A model generated the notes under the pieces. That model saw only the letters and a program-made list of their open reading frames with translations, did no database searches and was not told the origin of the DNA. A DNA stretch of 64,000 nt from Nannocystis pusilla (lineage in GTDB: Bacteria; Myxococcota_A; Polyangia; Nannocystales; Nannocystaceae). The DNA is taken from the NCBI RefSeq assembly GCF_051105105.1, contig NZ_CP185339.1; one strand, given 5' to 3'. Position 1 is the stretch's first letter, and each line of letters starts with the position of its first letter. A program made the translations under genes and the position numbers. Below are positions 9,652 through 19,335 of this stretch, in pieces.

Positions 9652-12600
9652 TTAGTAATTCGAATTACCAAATGAACGCTCGCAGGCGCCGGCCCGTGCC
9701 TCGGCCACGTCGTCGGCCTCTCCGAGGTGGCGCCGGCGCTCCGCCGGCAGCAGGCACGCGCGCGTGGCGGCGGCGAGGCGCGCGCGCAGGCCCTCGCCGG
9801 GCCGCGGCCACACGGCGACGCGGCCGTCGGCGCCGGCCGAGGCGAGGCGGTCGCCGCCGGCGTCGTACGCGAGGGCGTTGACGCCGCCGCCGTGGCCCGC
9901 GAGCAGTTCGGGCCCGGCGTCGCCCTGCAGGGACCAGAAGAGGAGCGCGCCGTCAGCCGCGCCGGCGACGATCCAGCCGTCGCGCGGGTCCCAGGCCACG
10001 CTCGTCAGCGCCGCCGAGGCCCGCCCCAGCTCGGTGCGCACGCCGGTGGCGGCCGCCACGCGGATCAGCGCCCTGCCCTCGCCCGCGACCGCGAGCGCGT
10101 CGCCAGCGGGGCTCCACGCCAGCGCGCGCAGCGGGTGGCCGAGCTCGATGAACACCGTCTGTTCGACGCGCACCAGCACGAAGCCGGAGGCGGTGACGGC
10201 CGCCAGCCGCTCGTCGACCGGCGACCACGCCATGCCGGTGATGGCCCCGCGGCTTTGCGGCGCGCGGGACGGATCGAGCATGTCCTTGAAGTCATGTCCC
10301 GAAGGCCAGAGGAAGAAGGCGCCCTCGCTGCCGCCGGCGGCCAGACGATCGGCGCGCGGATCCCAGGCCAGCGCGGACACCGGGCGGCGATCGACGCTGA
10401 CGCGCCGCGTCGCCCCCTCGCCGCGGGGGATCCAGGTGACCGCGCCGCTGTCGTCGGCGACCGCGAGCTCCTGCCCGTCGCGCCGCCAGGCCAGCGCCAG
10501 CGCGGTGCCGGCGTGGTCGCGCCGACGCACCGGGCCGTCGTCGGTCGGCAGCAGCCACACGCTGCGCGCGCCGGCGGCGGCCAGGGCGGTGCCGTCGGGG
10601 CTCCACGCGAGCGCGTGCACGGCCGCGCCGAGGTCGTGCTCCCGCAGGGCGGCCGGGGCGAGCCGCCACACCCGCGCGCTGCCGTCGTCGCTGCCGGTGA
10701 TGAGCCGGACCCCCACCGGCGCGAACGCCAGCGCCCGCACCGGCCCGGCGTGCCCGCGCAGCACGTAGGGGCGCGAGGTCCCGCCGATCTTCCACACCCG
10801 CGCGCTGCCGTCGTCGCTGCCGCTGGCGAACCACCCTGTCCCGAGAGCCAGGCCGGTGACGCCGCCGTCGCCGACCACCGCGGCGACCCGCCGCGGGGTG
10901 CCGTCGACCCGCCAGACCTCGACGCCGCCGTCATCGCGGCCGATCGCAAGCTGACGCCCGTTGCGATCCCAGGCCAGCGCGCCGACGGCCGCGCCGCGAG
11001 CGACGACCACGGCCGCGCGCCCCTCCGCGACCACCCACACCTCGCCGCGCGGGCCGGCCGCGGCCACGCGCGCGCCGTCGGGGCTCCAGGCGACCGCCGC
11101 GAGCGGACCCGCGACGCCGCGCAGCGGCGTGACCCAATCGACCGCGACCAGCGACACGCCGCCGCGCGCGTCGGTGCGGAGCTGCTCGCCGCCCGGGCCG
11201 CGGCGCGGGTCGGGCGCGGGGCCGCCGGTCCCTGGCGTCGGCGGCCCGCCGGCGAGCGCGAAGCGGCGGACGTTGCCGCCGGCGTCGACCGTCTCGACCG
11301 CGCCGCGCAGATCTTCGGCGGCCGCGGCGGGCCGCGGGCTGTCCTGGGGGACAGCCGACGTGTCCGCGGGGACAGCCGCGCCGGCGACCGGCACCGCGGC
11401 GCTCGCCAGCACGACCTCGCGCGGGTGCGCGTTCGACCTGTCCGCGAGGACAGGCGCAGCGACGACCGCCGCCAATCCGGCCCCGCTCGCCGGCACGACC
11501 TCGCGCCGGCGCGCATTCGACATGTCCACGGGGACAGGCGCAGCAGCGACCGCCGCGGAGCCGGCCGCGCTCGCCAGCACGACCTCGCGCAGGTGCGCGT
11601 TCGACCTGTCCGCGGGGACAGCTCCCGCCCCCGCGCTCGGCCTGCCCTCGCGGACAGCCCCCACCGCGCCCGGCACCGCGCCGGCCGCCGGCCGGCTCCT
11701 GTCCCCCGGGACAGCCTCGATCCAGCGCACCGCCGTCACCGCGCCGTCGTGGCCGCGCAGGATCGCCTGGCTGATCGGCTCGGCCAGCACGCGCTGGGCC
11801 AGCGCGCCCGGCTCGTCGAGCTCGCGCAGCAGCAGCGCGGCGGCGGTCGGGTCGCGCGGCAGCAGCGAGAACGCGGCGTCGCGGACCCGCAGCGCGTGGG
11901 CCTGGCGCTCCGCGGCCGCGCGCTCGGCCGCCAGCTCGCCGGCTCGCGCGTCCGCGGGGGCGCTGTCGGGCGCGGCAGCCTGCGGGGCCGCGGCCCCGCC
12001 TGCGCCCGCGTCGGGCTGCGCCAGCGACACCCCGAGCGCGACCAGCCCCGCCGCGGCGGCCGCGGCCCCGCCGGCGATCAGCCACGTCCGCGCGGGCACC
12101 GGCTCGGGGCCCTCGGCGAAGCGTCGCCGCGGCTGCAGAGCCGCGAGCAGCTCCTCCATCGTCGGCCAGCGCTCGGCTGGCTTTTCGGACAGCCCGCGGA
12201 TGATTGCGCGGCGCACGCGCAACGGCACGCGACTTTCGCGCGGAATGGGCGCGATCTCGACCTGCCCGAAGCGCGGAAGCGAGCCGAACGGCCGCAGACC
12301 GAACAAACCTTCGAACAGCGCCACGCAAAAGCTGAATTGGTCGGAGCGCGGCTCGGCGTTGCCGGTGCGCTGCTGCTCGGGCGCCATGTAGGCCGGCGTG
12401 CCGAGGATGCTGCCGGTGCGCGTCAGCGGCATCAGCTCGTCGTCGAGGGCCTCGCCGGCATCCATGGCGCAGGTGAGCCCGAAGTCGAGGACACGGGCGC
12501 GATCGCGGCTGTCGACGAGCACGTTCTCGGGCTTGAAGTCGCGGTGGAGCAGGTTGGCGTGATGCGCCGCGGCCAGCGCCCGCCCGGCCTGCAGGTACAC

Positions 12601-13065
12601 GGCGAGCACCTCCTGCCACGGCCGCGGGCGCTCGCGCAGCCACGCCTCGAGGGTCACGCCCTCGATGAGCTCCATGGCGATGTAAATTTGGTCGCCCCAC
12701 GCGCCGACCTCGTAGATCCGCGCCACGTGCTCGTGCTCGAGGCGTGCCATCGCCCGGGCCTCGCGCAGCAGGCGGGCGCGCCCCTGGTCGTCACCCTGGA
12801 GGTGCGGGTGCAGCAGCTTGATGGCGACGCGGCGATTGAGCTGGGCGTCGACGGCCGCATACACGACGCCCATGGCCCCCTCCCCGAGCCGGCGCTCGAC
12901 GTGAAAGCGCCCGATCATGGTGGGCGCGGCCGGCTCGCCGAACAGCCGGCCCATGACGCGCGCGTGGAGACGATGGACGTCAACGTCACCCCACGTGCCC
13001 GCACCTGCGCCGCGGGCGGCCCTCGAGTCGGGCGTGTCGGGCGGCGTGTGGGGCGGCGTCGACAT
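9652..13065 (-). CDS. Ser/Thr protein kinase with C-terminal WD40 beta-propeller (PkwA-like); linker contains in-frame 84-bp x3 tandem repeat
   Basis: Kinase motifs GEGAMGVVY, AIKLL, HRDFKPENVLV, DFGL and GTPAYMAPEQ. The C-terminal 600 aa carries many WSPDG/WD-like repeats. Start chosen at MSTPPHTPPD (13065) so that it does not overlap the divergent sigma gene. Confidence 0.85.
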   Translation of the reverse strand: MSTPPHTPPDTPDSRAARGAGAGTWGDVDVHRLHARVMGRLFGEPAAPTMIGRFHVERRLGEGAMGVVYAAVDAQLNRRVAIKLLHPHLQGDDQGRARLLREARAMARLEHEHVARIYEVGAWGDQIYIAMELIEGVTLEAWLRERPRPWQEVLAVYLQAGRALAAAHHANLLHRDFKPENVLVDSRDRARVLDFGLTCAMDAGEALDDELMPLTRTGSILGTPAYMAPEQQRTGNAEPRSDQFSFCVALFEGLFGLRPFGSLPRFGQVEIAPIPRESRVPLRVRRAIIRGLSEKPAERWPTMEELLAALQPRRRFAEGPEPVPARTWLIAGGAAAAAAGLVALGVSLAQPDAGAGGAAAPQAAAPDSAPADARAGELAAERAAAERQAHALRVRDAAFSLLPRDPTAAALLLRELDEPGALAQRVLAEPISQAILRGHDGAVTAVRWIEAVPGDRSRPAAGAVPGAVGAVREGRPSAGAGAVPADRSNAHLREVVLASAAGSAAVAAAPVPVDMSNARRREVVPASGAGLAAVVAAPVLADRSNAHPREVVLASAAVPVAGAAVPADTSAVPQDSPRPAAAAEDLRGAVETVDAGGNVRRFALAGGPPTPGTGGPAPDPRRGPGGEQLRTDARGGVSLVAVDWVTPLRGVAGPLAAVAWSPDGARVAAAGPRGEVWVVAEGRAAVVVARGAAVGALAWDRNGRQLAIGRDDGGVEVWRVDGTPRRVAAVVGDGGVTGLALGTGWFASGSDDGSARVWKIGGTSRPYVLRGHAGPVRALAFAPVGVRLITGSDDGSARVWRLAPAALREHDLGAAVHALAWSPDGTALAAAGARSVWLLPTDDGPVRRRDHAGTALALAWRRDGQELAVADDSGAVTWIPRGEGATRRVSVDRRPVSALAWDPRADRLAAGGSEGAFFLWPSGHDFKDMLDPSRAPQSRGAITGMAWSPVDERLAAVTASGFVLVRVEQTVFIELGHPLRALAWSPAGDALAVAGEGRALIRVAAATGVRTELGRASAALTSVAWDPRDGWIVAGAADGALLFWSLQGDAGPELLAGHGGGVNALAYDAGGDRLASAGADGRVAVWPRPGEGLRARLAAATRACLLPAERRRHLGEADDVAEARAGACERSFGNSNY
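11400..11635. repeat. tandem repeat, about 84 bp x 3, inside the kinase-WD40 CDS (encodes VPADRSNAHLREVVLASAAGSAAVAAAP x3); units contain TTCGAC(A/C)TGTCC motif
   Basis: Direct read: three near-identical units (gctcgccagcacgacctcgcgc...gttcgacctgtccgcg(a/g)ggacag...). Flanks from 11335 to 11720 carry further GTCC...GGGACAG palindromes. Confidence 0.8.
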
Positions 13066-13138
13066 CGTCGGATCGCAGTGAAGATAACAGGCGGAGTGGC
13101 CCCGCGGGCGGCGCGATCGGGGGTAAGATCGAGGCGCC
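13066..13138. promoter_or_regulatory. divergent promoter region between kinase-WD40 gene and ECF sigma gene
   Basis: A 73-bp gap separates the divergent starts. It contains a TAAGAT -10-like element. Assigned from position only. Confidence 0.3.
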
Positions 13139-13798
13139 ATGGACCCCGACTGGGAACTGCTCTCGGCCTGGCGCAGCGGCGATCGCGGCGCGGGAGAGCG
13201 GCTGGTGAAGCGACACTTCGGCGCGATCGCCCGCTTCTTCCGCAACAAGGTCTCGAGCGAGCACGACGCCGCCGACCTCGTCAGTCAGACCTTCCTCGAG
13301 TGCACCAAGGCGAAGGACGGCTTCCGCGGCGAGACCAGCTTCAAGCGGTTCGTCTTCGCCATCGCCCTCAACGTGCTGCGCCTCTACATCCGCACCAAGC
13401 ACAAGCGTCAGGGCGAGGCGCTCGACTTCGGGGCGCTGTGCGCCAAGGACCTGTCGCCGTCGTCGATGAGCTCGATCGTCATGCGCCGGCGCGAGGCCCA
13501 GCTGCTCGTGCTGGCGCTGCGAGAGATCCCGCTCGACCAGCAAATCGTGCTCGAGCTCAACATCTTCGAAGGCCTGTCGGGGCGCGAGATCAGCGAGCTG
13601 CTCAGCGTACCCGAGGGCACCGTGCGCGGCCGGTTGCGCCTCGGCAAGGACCAGCTGCGGGCCCGCCTCGCCGAGCTGGCCCGCTCGCCGGCCGAGCTCC
13701 AGGCCACCCTCACCGACCTCGAGGGCTGGGCCGCCAGCATCCGCCGCGCCCTCGACCGCGACGACGGCGACGCCGGCCCGGCCGCGACCGGCTCGTGA
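13139..13798 (+). CDS. ECF (sigma-70 family, group 4) RNA polymerase sigma factor
   Basis: 219 aa. Region 2 (FFRNKV...DLVSQTFLE) and region 4 (LSGREISELLSVPEGTVRGRL) signatures are present. It is divergent from the kinase gene. Confidence 0.85.
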   Translation: MDPDWELLSAWRSGDRGAGERLVKRHFGAIARFFRNKVSSEHDAADLVSQTFLECTKAKDGFRGETSFKRFVFAIALNVLRLYIRTKHKRQGEALDFGALCAKDLSPSSMSSIVMRRREAQLLVLALREIPLDQQIVLELNIFEGLSGREISELLSVPEGTVRGRLRLGKDQLRARLAELARSPAELQATLTDLEGWAASIRRALDRDDGDAGPAATGS

Positions 13799-13891
13799 GC
13801 GCGCGCGCCGGCGGCCGGCCGCGAGGCTGCTTCGCCGGCCTCCTGCGGAGGACCGCCGCGCTATAGTCGGGCCCCCCGAGGACCCCCCGAG

Positions 13892-15379
13892 ATGAACGCC
13901 ACCGGCACCCTCAGCCGTGCGACCCAGATCGTCTATCGCGTCGGCTCCCGCCACTCGAGCGAGGTCGACACGCTGACGCTCGAGCCCGACGGACGGGCGA
14001 CGTGGACCTCGCAGGGCCGTCACTGCGAGGTGCAGCTGCCGCCCGAGGTCTACGGCGACATCCTCGGCCGCCTGGCGCAGTACGGCTTCAAGGCGGCGAC
14101 CGGCCTGCACGGCGACGCGATGGCCGACTACCAGCACGAGATCGAGGTGCTCGAGGGCCCGAAGAAGAAGTCGCGCTGCACGCTGCGGCTCGGCCACGAG
14201 TTCGGCACCTACCTCGGCGACGCGCCGATCGGCATGAAGGAAGTGGTGGCCCTGCTCGACCGCGTCGCCAGCCGCGTCGAGTCCGGCGCCGACCTGTCCG
14301 AATCGCCAGACGCGCTGATGGGCGCCCTGCTGCGCAACATCGACTTCCCCTACGTCAACCCGCACGGCGAGCCGGGCGCGTTCCTGTTGATCGACCCGCA
14401 CGGGCAGGTGCTCGCCGCCTCGTCGCTGCGGTTCGCCTTGCCCCACGCCAGCGGCCTGCTCCCGTTCCGCGACGGCGACCGCTTCGGCTTCGTCCGTGCC
14501 GGCGGCGAGGTCGTCATCGCCCCGGCCTACGCGCTGACGCTCGGCTTCAGCGAGGGCCTCGCGGCGGTCAAGCTCGACGGCGGCTGGGGCTTCATCGACG
14601 TCCGCGGCGAGCTCGTCATCCCGGCCCGCTTCACCGCCGCCGCCAGCTTCGCCGACGGCCTCGCGTGCGTGCAGCTCGGCGACCAGACCGGCTACTGCGA
14701 CCGCGCCGGCGCGTTCGTCCCGGCCCCGCCGCAGGCCTCGCAGCTCGGCCGCTTCGCCGAGGGTCGGGCCCCGTTCCGCGCGCTGTCGCGGATGGGCGTG
14801 CCCGCGTGGGGCTACATCGATCGCGCCGGCCAGGTCGTCGTGCCCGCCGGCTTCGACTACGCCGGCGAGTTCTGCGAGGGCCTCGCCTGCGTCCAGCAGG
14901 ACGACCTGTTCGGCTTCGTCGACGTCAGCGGCGCCTGGGCCATCGAGCCGCGCTTCACCGACGCCGGCGACTTCCACGAGGACCTCGCCGCCGTCGGCGA
15001 CAGCGGCCAGTACGGCTACTGCGACAAGAGCGGCACCGCCGCCGTCGACTTCCGCTTCCTCCGCGCCGGCAACTTCGCCGAGGGCCTGGCCCCGGTCGGC
15101 GTCGGCGCCAAGACCGGCTTCATCGACCGCGAGGGCCGCATGGTCATCGAGCCGCGCTTCGACCTGGCCCAGAGCTTCAGCGAGGGCCTGGCGGCCGTGC
15201 GCGTCGACCACAAGTGGGGCTTCATCGACCGCGCCGGCCGCATCGTCATCGAGCCGATCTACGAGGGCGCGGGCCCGTTCGGCGACGGCGTCGCCTGCGT
15301 GCGCAAGTTCGCCGACCCGCGCCCGGTGATCCATACCGGGTCGAAGAAGGTCATCATCAACATGAGCAAAAAGACATGA
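13892..15379 (+). CDS. WG-repeat (KWG) containing protein
   Basis: 495 aa with repeated FxEGLAxVxxxGxWG(F/Y)ID units, about 9 copies. The stop overlaps the rsgA start (ATGA). Confidence 0.75.
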   Translation: MNATGTLSRATQIVYRVGSRHSSEVDTLTLEPDGRATWTSQGRHCEVQLPPEVYGDILGRLAQYGFKAATGLHGDAMADYQHEIEVLEGPKKKSRCTLRLGHEFGTYLGDAPIGMKEVVALLDRVASRVESGADLSESPDALMGALLRNIDFPYVNPHGEPGAFLLIDPHGQVLAASSLRFALPHASGLLPFRDGDRFGFVRAGGEVVIAPAYALTLGFSEGLAAVKLDGGWGFIDVRGELVIPARFTAAASFADGLACVQLGDQTGYCDRAGAFVPAPPQASQLGRFAEGRAPFRALSRMGVPAWGYIDRAGQVVVPAGFDYAGEFCEGLACVQQDDLFGFVDVSGAWAIEPRFTDAGDFHEDLAAVGDSGQYGYCDKSGTAAVDFRFLRAGNFAEGLAPVGVGAKTGFIDREGRMVIEPRFDLAQSFSEGLAAVRVDHKWGFIDRAGRIVIEPIYEGAGPFGDGVACVRKFADPRPVIHTGSKKVIINMSKKT

Positions 15380-16488
15380 CCGAAGCGCCAGATCCGCTGG
15401 CGCGCCTCGGCTGGGACGAGCACGCCGCCGCGGCTTGGGCGGCCCACCGCGGCGACGGCAACCTGCCCGGCCGCGTCGCCGCCGAGCACCGCGGCGGCTA
15501 CGTCGTCCTCGCCGCCGCCGGCGAGCTGCGCGGCGAGCTGGCCGGCAAGCTGCGCAAGGCCGCGGCCAAGGACGCCATGCAGAAGCCGGCCGTCGGCGAC
15601 TGGGTCGCGCTCAACGTCCACGCCGCCGCCGGCACCGCCACCATCCACGCCGTCCTGCCGCGCAAGACCGTCCTCACCCGCCGCGCCGCCGGTCGCGGCG
15701 CCGCCGCCCCGCAGATCGTCGCCGCCAACGTCGACAGCGTCTTCATCGTCCACCCGCTCGACCAGGCGCCCAACCTGCGCCGGCTCGAGCGCTACCTCGC
15801 CATCACCCTCGCCAGCGGCGCCGCCCCAGTGCTCGCCCTGACCAAGGCCGACCTGGTCGACAGCGCCGAACCTGTCCTTTCGGCCATCCGCCCGCTGCTC
15901 GCCCGCGTCGCCGGTGAGCGGACCATCCCGATCCACGTGCTCTCGAGCGTCAGCGGCCAGGGCCTGGGCGAGCTCGACGCCTACGTCGCCCGCCCGCAGA
16001 CCACCGCGCTGATCGGCGCCTCGGGCGTCGGCAAGAGCACCCTCATCAACCGCTGGCTCGGCGAAGAGCGGCTCAGCACCGGCGGCCTGCGCGACGACGG
16101 CAAGGGCCGCCACACCACCACCCACCGCGAGCTGCTGGTGCTGCCGCGCGGCGGCCTCGTCATCGACACCCCGGGCATGCGCGAGCTCGGGCTGTGGAAC
16201 GCCGACGAGAGCGTGCCCGAGGCGTTCGCCGACATCGCCGCGGTCGCCGAGGGCTGCCGCTTCCGCGACTGCACCCACGCCCACGAGCCCGGCTGCGCCG
16301 TGGTGGCCGCCGCCGCCGCCGGCCAGATCGAGCCCGAGCGCCTCGACAGCTACCGCAAGCTGGTCGCCGAGCTCGCCTCGCTGGCGCGCGACCGCGACAT
16401 CGCCGCGCGAAATCGCGCCCGCAAGGCCGATCACCGGATCCTGCGCGCCTACTACAAGGACCCGCGCACCCGCGGCCAGCGCGACTGA
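15376..16488 (+). CDS. rsgA: ribosome small-subunit-dependent GTPase A (RsgA/YjeQ/EngC)
   Basis: Circularly permuted GTPase motifs (NVDSVFIV, LTKADL, GASGVGKSTLIN) and a C-terminal zinc-finger CRFRDCTHAHEPGC. This is the true ORF within the longer 14002..16488 frame. Confidence 0.85.
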   Translation: MTEAPDPLARLGWDEHAAAAWAAHRGDGNLPGRVAAEHRGGYVVLAAAGELRGELAGKLRKAAAKDAMQKPAVGDWVALNVHAAAGTATIHAVLPRKTVLTRRAAGRGAAAPQIVAANVDSVFIVHPLDQAPNLRRLERYLAITLASGAAPVLALTKADLVDSAEPVLSAIRPLLARVAGERTIPIHVLSSVSGQGLGELDAYVARPQTTALIGASGVGKSTLINRWLGEERLSTGGLRDDGKGRHTTTHRELLVLPRGGLVIDTPGMRELGLWNADESVPEAFADIAAVAEGCRFRDCTHAHEPGCAVVAAAAAGQIEPERLDSYRKLVAELASLARDRDIAARNRARKADHRILRAYYKDPRTRGQRD

Positions 16489-16693
16489 ACCTCGCCCATC
16501 ACCGGCGAGCCACTTCGCCACGCACGATGGACCGCAACGTCCCTCGGTCCTCCGGCTCAGCCTCGCGCTCGCCAGCGATCTCCGCGCCGCTTTACAGCCG
16601 CCGCGTTCAGCGATGAACTCGAAGGGTCCACGCCCGGCGGCGACGACCGCAGAAATGCCGGCCCAGCCCGCCGTGTTGTGCCGGAGCTCGTCG

Positions 16694-17674
16694 ATGCGTC
16701 CGCGCCTTCCGCCCCTGCCCCGTCTCGTCCGCGCGAGCGCGCTCGTGCTGGGCCTGGCGGTCGCGCCGGACGTCGACGCCGCCCCGGCCAAGCTGCCGCC
16801 CAACATCCCGCGCCCCTCGGTCGACCTCGAGCCTGACGGCGCCGGTCGCCTGCGACACCGCGGCGACGGCTTCACCGCCATCATCTACCCCGACGGTTCG
16901 GTCGAGTTCCGCGACCACGGCGGCACCGCCGACATCAACTTCCTCGGCCTCGACCTGTGGCGCCGCCGCCTCCGCGAGCCCGAGCCCGAGCGTCACCCGC
17001 CGTGGTTCATGGGCGTCATCGAGGACGCGCTGTTCCCCCGGAACGCCGCCCCGTACGGCCGCGCGCCGATCCTCGCCGGCTTCGGCGCCCGCTTCGGCGG
17101 CCTCGCCGACGGCCGCCGCAAGAACCGCCACAAGAGCGCCAAGCAGGCGTTCATGATCGCCACCGAGCAGCTGCGCTTCCACCTCGCCAACGCCTGGTAC
17201 AAGCAGCGGCTGCGCAGCGAGCTCGCCGACCTCGGCGGCCAGCTGCTCGAGGTCTGGCGCGACGCCAAGCTGCCGCTTATCGAGCGCAAGCGGCGGATCT
17301 TCGAGCGCTGGGAGGAGTGCGAGGACCCGACCAGCACACGCCGCACCGAGGTCGACCGCATGCGCCTCGAGGTCGCCCGCACCGCCCGCGCCAAGATCGA
17401 GGCGTTCGTCCGCCAGGTCGCGCCGTACGGCTCGCCGCAGGCCTTCACCGACGCCGAGCTCGACCGCCTCAACGCCGGCCGCGCCGGCAAGACCCGCTTC
17501 CGCCCCTACGACGCCCCCGTGCTGCCCGAGGACGTCAGCGCCGAGACCGAGCTCGGCACCGCCGACGCCGCGCCGCAGACCGCCCCCGAGCCCCCGCCGC
17601 CCGATCCGCCGCCGAGCCCGACCCCGATCGGCCCCGACCCCGGCCCCGGCTTCTCGCCCGCGCGCGACCGCTGA
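16694..17674 (+). CDS. hypothetical secreted protein (Pro-rich C-terminus)
   Basis: Start taken at MRPRLPPLPRLVRASALVLGLAVAP (signal peptide) within ORF 16613..17674. No known domain. Confidence 0.55.
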   Translation: MRPRLPPLPRLVRASALVLGLAVAPDVDAAPAKLPPNIPRPSVDLEPDGAGRLRHRGDGFTAIIYPDGSVEFRDHGGTADINFLGLDLWRRRLREPEPERHPPWFMGVIEDALFPRNAAPYGRAPILAGFGARFGGLADGRRKNRHKSAKQAFMIATEQLRFHLANAWYKQRLRSELADLGGQLLEVWRDAKLPLIERKRRIFERWEECEDPTSTRRTEVDRMRLEVARTARAKIEAFVRQVAPYGSPQAFTDAELDRLNAGRAGKTRFRPYDAPVLPEDVSAETELGTADAAPQTAPEPPPPDPPPSPTPIGPDPGPGFSPARDR

Positions 17675-17699
17675 GCCGCGAGCCTGCGGCAATCACATG

Positions 17700-17960
17700 G
17701 CTGCGAGAGCATGTTTATAAAAACATGCTTCATGAGACATGTCCTCCGAATCACCCGGATCGGCGCCGCGGCCCGACCGTGCTCGCTCGGCGAACGCATC
17801 CTCGGCCCGTTCCCTGGTCGCTCGACGCTGCTGCGCGCCGCGTAGTTCGCCAAGCGGGAGCCGCTCCGCACAGTTCGCCCGTCCCGCCTCGAAGACATGT
17901 CGTATCGGACATGCCTGATGTGACATGTCCCGATCGCAATGGCCGATCCGCCATGTCTTC
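17700..17960. repeat. intergenic cluster of GACATGTCC-core units plus AT-rich hairpin AGCATGTTTATAAAAACATGCT
   Basis: Direct read at 17715-17736 (perfect 9-bp arms), then gagacatgtcctcc. At 17888 the units gacatgtcgtatcg/gacatgcctgatgt/gacatgtcccgatcg follow. Confidence 0.7.
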
Positions 17961-18176
17961 CACGCACCCCGCGTCGTCGCCCCGGTCGACCGGACCCGCC
18001 GCACGGCCGAGCTCGCTCGCCGCCATCCGCGCCCTCGCCGCTACCGATTCGGTCGACGCCGCTGCGGCCGGCGCCAGGGCCATGCGGCTGGGCGTCATCG
18101 CTGTGCGTGCTATCCCGAGGCGCGACGGAATGCGCCGCCGGCCGCCGCCGTTGTCGTGACGCTCCGCCTCTTCCTC

Positions 18177-18767
18177 ATGAGCGCCCGCATCGACCTCCTC
18201 GTCACCCTCGGCCTGTCCGTCCTCGCCTGCACCGCGCCGGCCGCGGTCCCCTCGCCCGCGCCCGCGAAGGTCGAGCCCACGCCCGCCGCGCCGCCGCCGC
18301 CGCCGCCGGCTCAGGACGACGCCGCGCTCGCCGATCGCCTCGGCGACGCCAACACCCCGCCCGAGCTGCTCGAGCGCGGCGCCGCCGCCAAGATCTGGGC
18401 CGACCACGCCATCGATCGCGGCATCAACCCGTTCTACCTGCGCGGCGACTTCGACGGCGACGCCGCCCCCGACTACCTGGTGAGCGTCGTGTCCAAGCTC
18501 GGCGCCGGCGCGTTGCCGCGGCTGGTCGTGCTGCGCGGCGGCGGGCGCCCCGCGGTCTGGCTCGACGACGCTCCCAAGGCCGGCCTCACCTTGCCCGCGC
18601 GCGACGCCTGGTACGTCCACGACCGCGGCACCTCCGTGCCTGCGGGGCCCGGCGGCAAGGCCCCGACGCTCCAGGGCGACGGCATCGTCATGATGAAGCT
18701 CGAGTCCTCGAGCGCCCTCCTCTACTGGGACGGCGCCCGTTTCCGCAGCCACTGGCTGTCGGACTGA
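18177..18767 (+). CDS. hypothetical lipoprotein
   Basis: MSARIDLLVTLGLSVLAC has a lipobox-like signal. It is the in-frame C-terminal part of ORF 17925..18767. The preceding 480 bp is repeat-rich intergenic DNA. Confidence 0.6.
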   Translation: MSARIDLLVTLGLSVLACTAPAAVPSPAPAKVEPTPAAPPPPPPAQDDAALADRLGDANTPPELLERGAAAKIWADHAIDRGINPFYLRGDFDGDAAPDYLVSVVSKLGAGALPRLVVLRGGGRPAVWLDDAPKAGLTLPARDAWYVHDRGTSVPAGPGGKAPTLQGDGIVMMKLESSSALLYWDGARFRSHWLSD

Positions 18768-18781
18768 GCGGCGAGATCGGC

Positions 18782-19192
18782 CTACTGCAATCCGCCCTCG
18801 CGCTCGAAGTCGAGGCTCAGCGAGTTGATGCAATAACGCAGACGTGTCGGCTGCGGACCATCGGGGAACATATGGCCCAGGTGGCCGCCGCAGCGGCGAC
18901 ACAGCACCTCGACGCGGCGCATCCCGTGGCTGGTGTCGACCCGCTCCTCGATGGCCGAGCGATCGACCGCGTCGAAGAAGCTGGGCCAGCCGCAGCCCGA
19001 GTCGAACTTCGTCGTCGCGTCGAACAGCAGCGCCTTGCAGCCGGCGCAGCGGTACTGGCCCGGCGCCTTCTCGTCCCAGTAAGCGCCCGTGAACGCGCGC
19101 TCGGTCCCCGCCTGACGCAGCACCCGGTACTGCTCCGGGCTCAGCGTCGCGCGCCACTCCGCGTCGGTCTTCTCTACCTCTCGTTCGGACAT
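18782..19192 (-). CDS. msrB: peptide-methionine (R)-S-oxide reductase MsrB
   Basis: [36 protein letters not shown]...CAGC...[12 protein letters not shown] carries the SelR fold with two CxxC zinc motifs and the catalytic RC(G)GHLGHVF. Confidence 0.9.
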   Translation of the reverse strand: MSEREVEKTDAEWRATLSPEQYRVLRQAGTERAFTGAYWDEKAPGQYRCAGCKALLFDATTKFDSGCGWPSFFDAVDRSAIEERVDTSHGMRRVEVLCRRCGGHLGHMFPDGPQPTRLRYCINSLSLDFEREGGLQ

Positions 19193-19335
19193 GCCCGGAC
19201 CATAGCGCGTCTGCGCCCTCGGGGCCGCCTGCCGTGGCCTCGACGCCGGCCGCGTGGGGGTTGCCTGCCCCCCGCCGATTGTGCGTTGCAAGCCCTCTGG
19301 CCGGCCTCTACCGTGGCTTCCCAGGAGGCGACCGA

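Noticed and set aside
9727-13866. 1379-aa plus-strand ORF and many other very long ORFs, such as 53483..57778 (1431 aa), 26084..28534 (816 aa), 2614..4122, 3147..4700, 14002..16488 N-terminal part, 46004..46492 and 32986..34389
   Set aside because: These have Arg/Ala/Gly/Pro-rich low-complexity translations typical of non-coding frames in about 72% GC DNA. Each lies antisense to, or out of frame with, a gene whose product has clear domain signatures. Only the in-frame 3' portions were kept where they carried a real domain (SDR, RsgA, amino-acid dehydrogenase, FAD oxidoreductase).
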